Origin: Fistulifera solaris
Lineage: Eukaryota
NCBI GenBank assembly: GCA_030295235.1
Contig: AP026143.1
Location: 620,001 to 684,000, forward strand
Direction of reading: 5' to 3'
DNA: 64,000 bases
Positions 61,617 to 64,000 of the stretch are shown here, in pieces (positions within the stretch are counted from its first letter, which is position 1; the number at the start of each line of letters is the position of its first letter). The notes under the pieces are model-generated. The model made no database searches. It was not told the origin of the DNA and worked only from the letters and a program-made list of their open reading frames with translations. The translations under genes were made by a program, and so were the position numbers.

Positions 61617-63899
61617 TTACGACCGACCTCTTTCTCGGAGCACCATATGGCACGAGCCGTCAGGCTGTGAGGCTAAACCATGCAGCTCCTGAATAATAAG
61701 AGACTCTTCGCCATTTCGAAAGTATTCAATGTCCCTGATTGAGTCGTCACCTGGTGGAAATACGACAAGCGCGTTCCGCCCTTCCTGGGTTGGCATTGAT
61801 ATCACGAATGAGCCGAGGGCCAAAGATATTTTGTTTGGTTTTTTCAATAAGCAACTGGTCCGATGGCGCTGGGGCATTAGTCTAGTTGCACACCGCGCTC
61901 GTAACATATGTGCGTCGTCTAATCCGATAGGCTGTATTTGACCGCTCAGTCGCTGTTTGAACAATCCTTGGGCTTTCGGTGGAACGCATTCGGCAAGAAA
62001 CCTTTTATGAACTGCAGGGACGGTGGAAGCAAATCGAACAAAGGATGTCATCGTATACGCGGAAACGAGCCAATTCGTCTCTGCGAGTAAGGAGTAAAAG
62101 GTCTTCGCAAGCTTTTGTAATTGCGTTGAAGGCGTATCCTCCGTTATAGCCTGTCCAAGAACGCCCAGCACTCGAATTCGCTCAAGCTCCAAGGGGGATA
62201 TTTTACCTGTTACCAAACTCTCGCACAGTTCTATGACTCGACACAGTCGCACCACATCGGCCGTGGTTGGACGATTTTCTTTTTCTATGCTTTCACGAAT
62301 TCGCCTCAGGATCAGGACACCCAAATCTGCGCACCGGCGTCCCCTGTGTTCTATTTGACTTCCACGTTGAAGAAAAAGATCGATAAGAGAATGGAGACCG
62401 TTTGTCATCATTGAAGCTCTGATGACCGACTGATGAAACTGATTGGATTCCGCAGGTAACTGGGCATTATTGTCAGGAAGTGTGACAACGAGCCTTGTCA
62501 AAGCTGCGACATCCCCAAATAGTAAAGTTTGATGCGTGTGGTGCTTTGACAGCTTTCTTTTTCGGTGCGTGGACTTGAGTATGGAATTGCGTGCAACCAC
62601 GAGCAAAGACTTGACCTTGTCTCGTATTTGCGATTGAAGTAGACGGCTCAGACAGTTGGATATCCCAGACCTAAGCTCCGTAGATGTTCTTCCGTCCGTC
62701 GAGAGCTTCACAAGGAGGGAAAGAAAGGAGCTACTTTGATCATAGTAGCAGTGTTCGATTGTAAACAATTGAATAATAGTAATCAAGAGTTCTCCTGTGA
62801 ATGGATGCACGTCATTCAAAGACAGCCATCTTATGAGCAAATAGTGGAATGCAGTTCTTTCCATCTGCAAACATAAGTCGCAGACTATCAACCCGTCGAC
62901 GATGGTGGTGATCGATTGTAACAAATGATTTTGAAAGTCGAATGATGCTGCACTCCACTCTCTGGGTAGAAGATCAAACATCAATTCCTCTATGAGCTTC
63001 AAAAAGTGTTCGATGTCTTGCTGGGATCGCTGCGCGTCGTTAGCAATGACTCGTTCCAGGACTTCGAGTATTGTCAGGGATCGCCCTTGAACGAAAGCAA
63101 GATCTAACGATTTGTGAATCTCCAGCGTTGACGTTACCATCAAAAGCTGGAGTACGGAAGCCAAACCGTCCTGCTGCCGCTTTGCCAGCCACGTGGATAC
63201 ACACTTTTCGGTCTTTGTGGTCACTTGGTCCACGCCCTGCTGCAAGGCTTTGTCTCCGATTTGAATCACCGCCATTTTCAATCCTCGTAAAAAATAAATA
63301 GTCTTGAGGAAACGCTCCGATAGCGATTCGTGCAAGTCACCTCCGAGAGTGAGAAGAACACCGAGACGCCCGACCAGAAACGTCAACACTTTAATGAAGA
63401 AGATCTGTTTTGTCACATCGGGTGCTGTTGGTAGCGACATGAATCCATCATTCATGAGATCCAACAAATACTTTGTTGCCATTTGTGACATTTCTGGAGG
63501 TAACGATCCCAGCACCTTCGCCAAATCGCAGATACCTTTCCACACGGGCGATAATAGGAAGGGCTTCCGTGTCACGTAATGGTTCAGGCGCAATAGTGAC
63601 CCGACGGCAAAGAGTGCAAGTTGTTGTTTCTGGTGAATCGCAGTTTCCGCTAAATCGCCATTATACGCAAAATTCACGTCAGAGCAGGCAGTCGCGGGGG
63701 TATTCGCAAGGATGGTTTGCAGAAGCTGGACGATTCGTTGGTTGTTGTCATTTTTCTCGAGCAAATATTGCAGGAAGCGAAAGACTGTAGCGAATCGCGT
63801 CAACATTTCGAGAGTTCCTCCCGACTGACTCAAACTAGGAAGAATATATTCAGTGACTTGTTGATAGGAAACCTCTACTTCTTCATCGGCAAGCATCAT
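61617..63899 (-). CDS. Large helical protein, possibly FIRRM/C1orf112/FLIP-like (may extend past the window)
   Basis: 760-aa ORF; LLAETNWLVSAYTMTSFVRFA and PVWKGI resemble motifs I recall from C1orf112/FLIP; another frame stays open to the window end. Confidence 0.5.
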   Translation of the reverse strand: MMLADEEVEVSYQQVTEYILPSLSQSGGTLEMLTRFATVFRFLQYLLEKNDNNQRIVQLLQTILANTPATACSDVNFAYNGDLAETAIHQKQQLALFAVGSLLRLNHYVTRKPFLLSPVWKGICDLAKVLGSLPPEMSQMATKYLLDLMNDGFMSLPTAPDVTKQIFFIKVLTFLVGRLGVLLTLGGDLHESLSERFLKTIYFLRGLKMAVIQIGDKALQQGVDQVTTKTEKCVSTWLAKRQQDGLASVLQLLMVTSTLEIHKSLDLAFVQGRSLTILEVLERVIANDAQRSQQDIEHFLKLIEELMFDLLPREWSAASFDFQNHLLQSITTIVDGLIVCDLCLQMERTAFHYLLIRWLSLNDVHPFTGELLITIIQLFTIEHCYYDQSSSFLSLLVKLSTDGRTSTELRSGISNCLSRLLQSQIRDKVKSLLVVARNSILKSTHRKRKLSKHHTHQTLLFGDVAALTRLVVTLPDNNAQLPAESNQFHQSVIRASMMTNGLHSLIDLFLQRGSQIEHRGRRCADLGVLILRRIRESIEKENRPTTADVVRLCRVIELCESLVTGKISPLELERIRVLGVLGQAITEDTPSTQLQKLAKTFYSLLAETNWLVSAYTMTSFVRFASTVPAVHKRFLAECVPPKAQGLFKQRLSGQIQPIGLDDAHMLRARCATRLMPQRHRTSCLLKKPNKISLALGSFVISMPTQEGRNALVVFPPGDDSIRDIEYFRNGEESLIIQELHGLASQPDGSCHMVLRERGRS

Positions 63900-64000
63900 C
63901 GCCTTTCGAACTTCCGGACAAGGAACGGCTTTTCGAACGTAAGCATTCCTTTACGGAACGCTTATCGCTCCAGTCTCGACTTAAAGTTTTTATCAACGTC

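Overview
Gene-dense eukaryotic DNA, almost certainly a diatom. The evidence is ~70-bp GT-AG introns, several signal-peptide + 'AF/GF/AW' bipartite plastid presequences, an RXL-type propeptide and a CoDi-type Ty1/copia element; the expanded gene families look Fistulifera-like to me, unverified. Single-base indels break most genes, including essential ones, so many frameshifts are probably long-read errors. Contents: about 20 conserved or single-copy-type genes (ZIP, SLU7, DegP, IMP4, GCN5, aromatic amino-acid permease, SUN, CBS-PP2C, DnaJ, HAD, GT-like, FAD monooxygenase, FIRRM-like and others). There are also 6 copies plus 2 fragments of an expanded RNI/LRR-like family, 2 MYND paralogues, 4 tandem arrays, a dispersed ~50-bp motif family, a 197-bp non-autonomous Helitron-like element and a full-length copia LTR retrotransposon. 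Top finding: the copia has no canonical tRNA primer-binding site; its PBS is a perfect 15-nt complement of a sequence inside its own LTR right after an initiator-like motif, the architecture of Tf1-type self-priming. Also notable: SLU7 has a Tudor-like domain where its zinc knuckle should be, and an RXL-type membrane protein has a duplicated 2H-phosphoesterase-like ectodomain.
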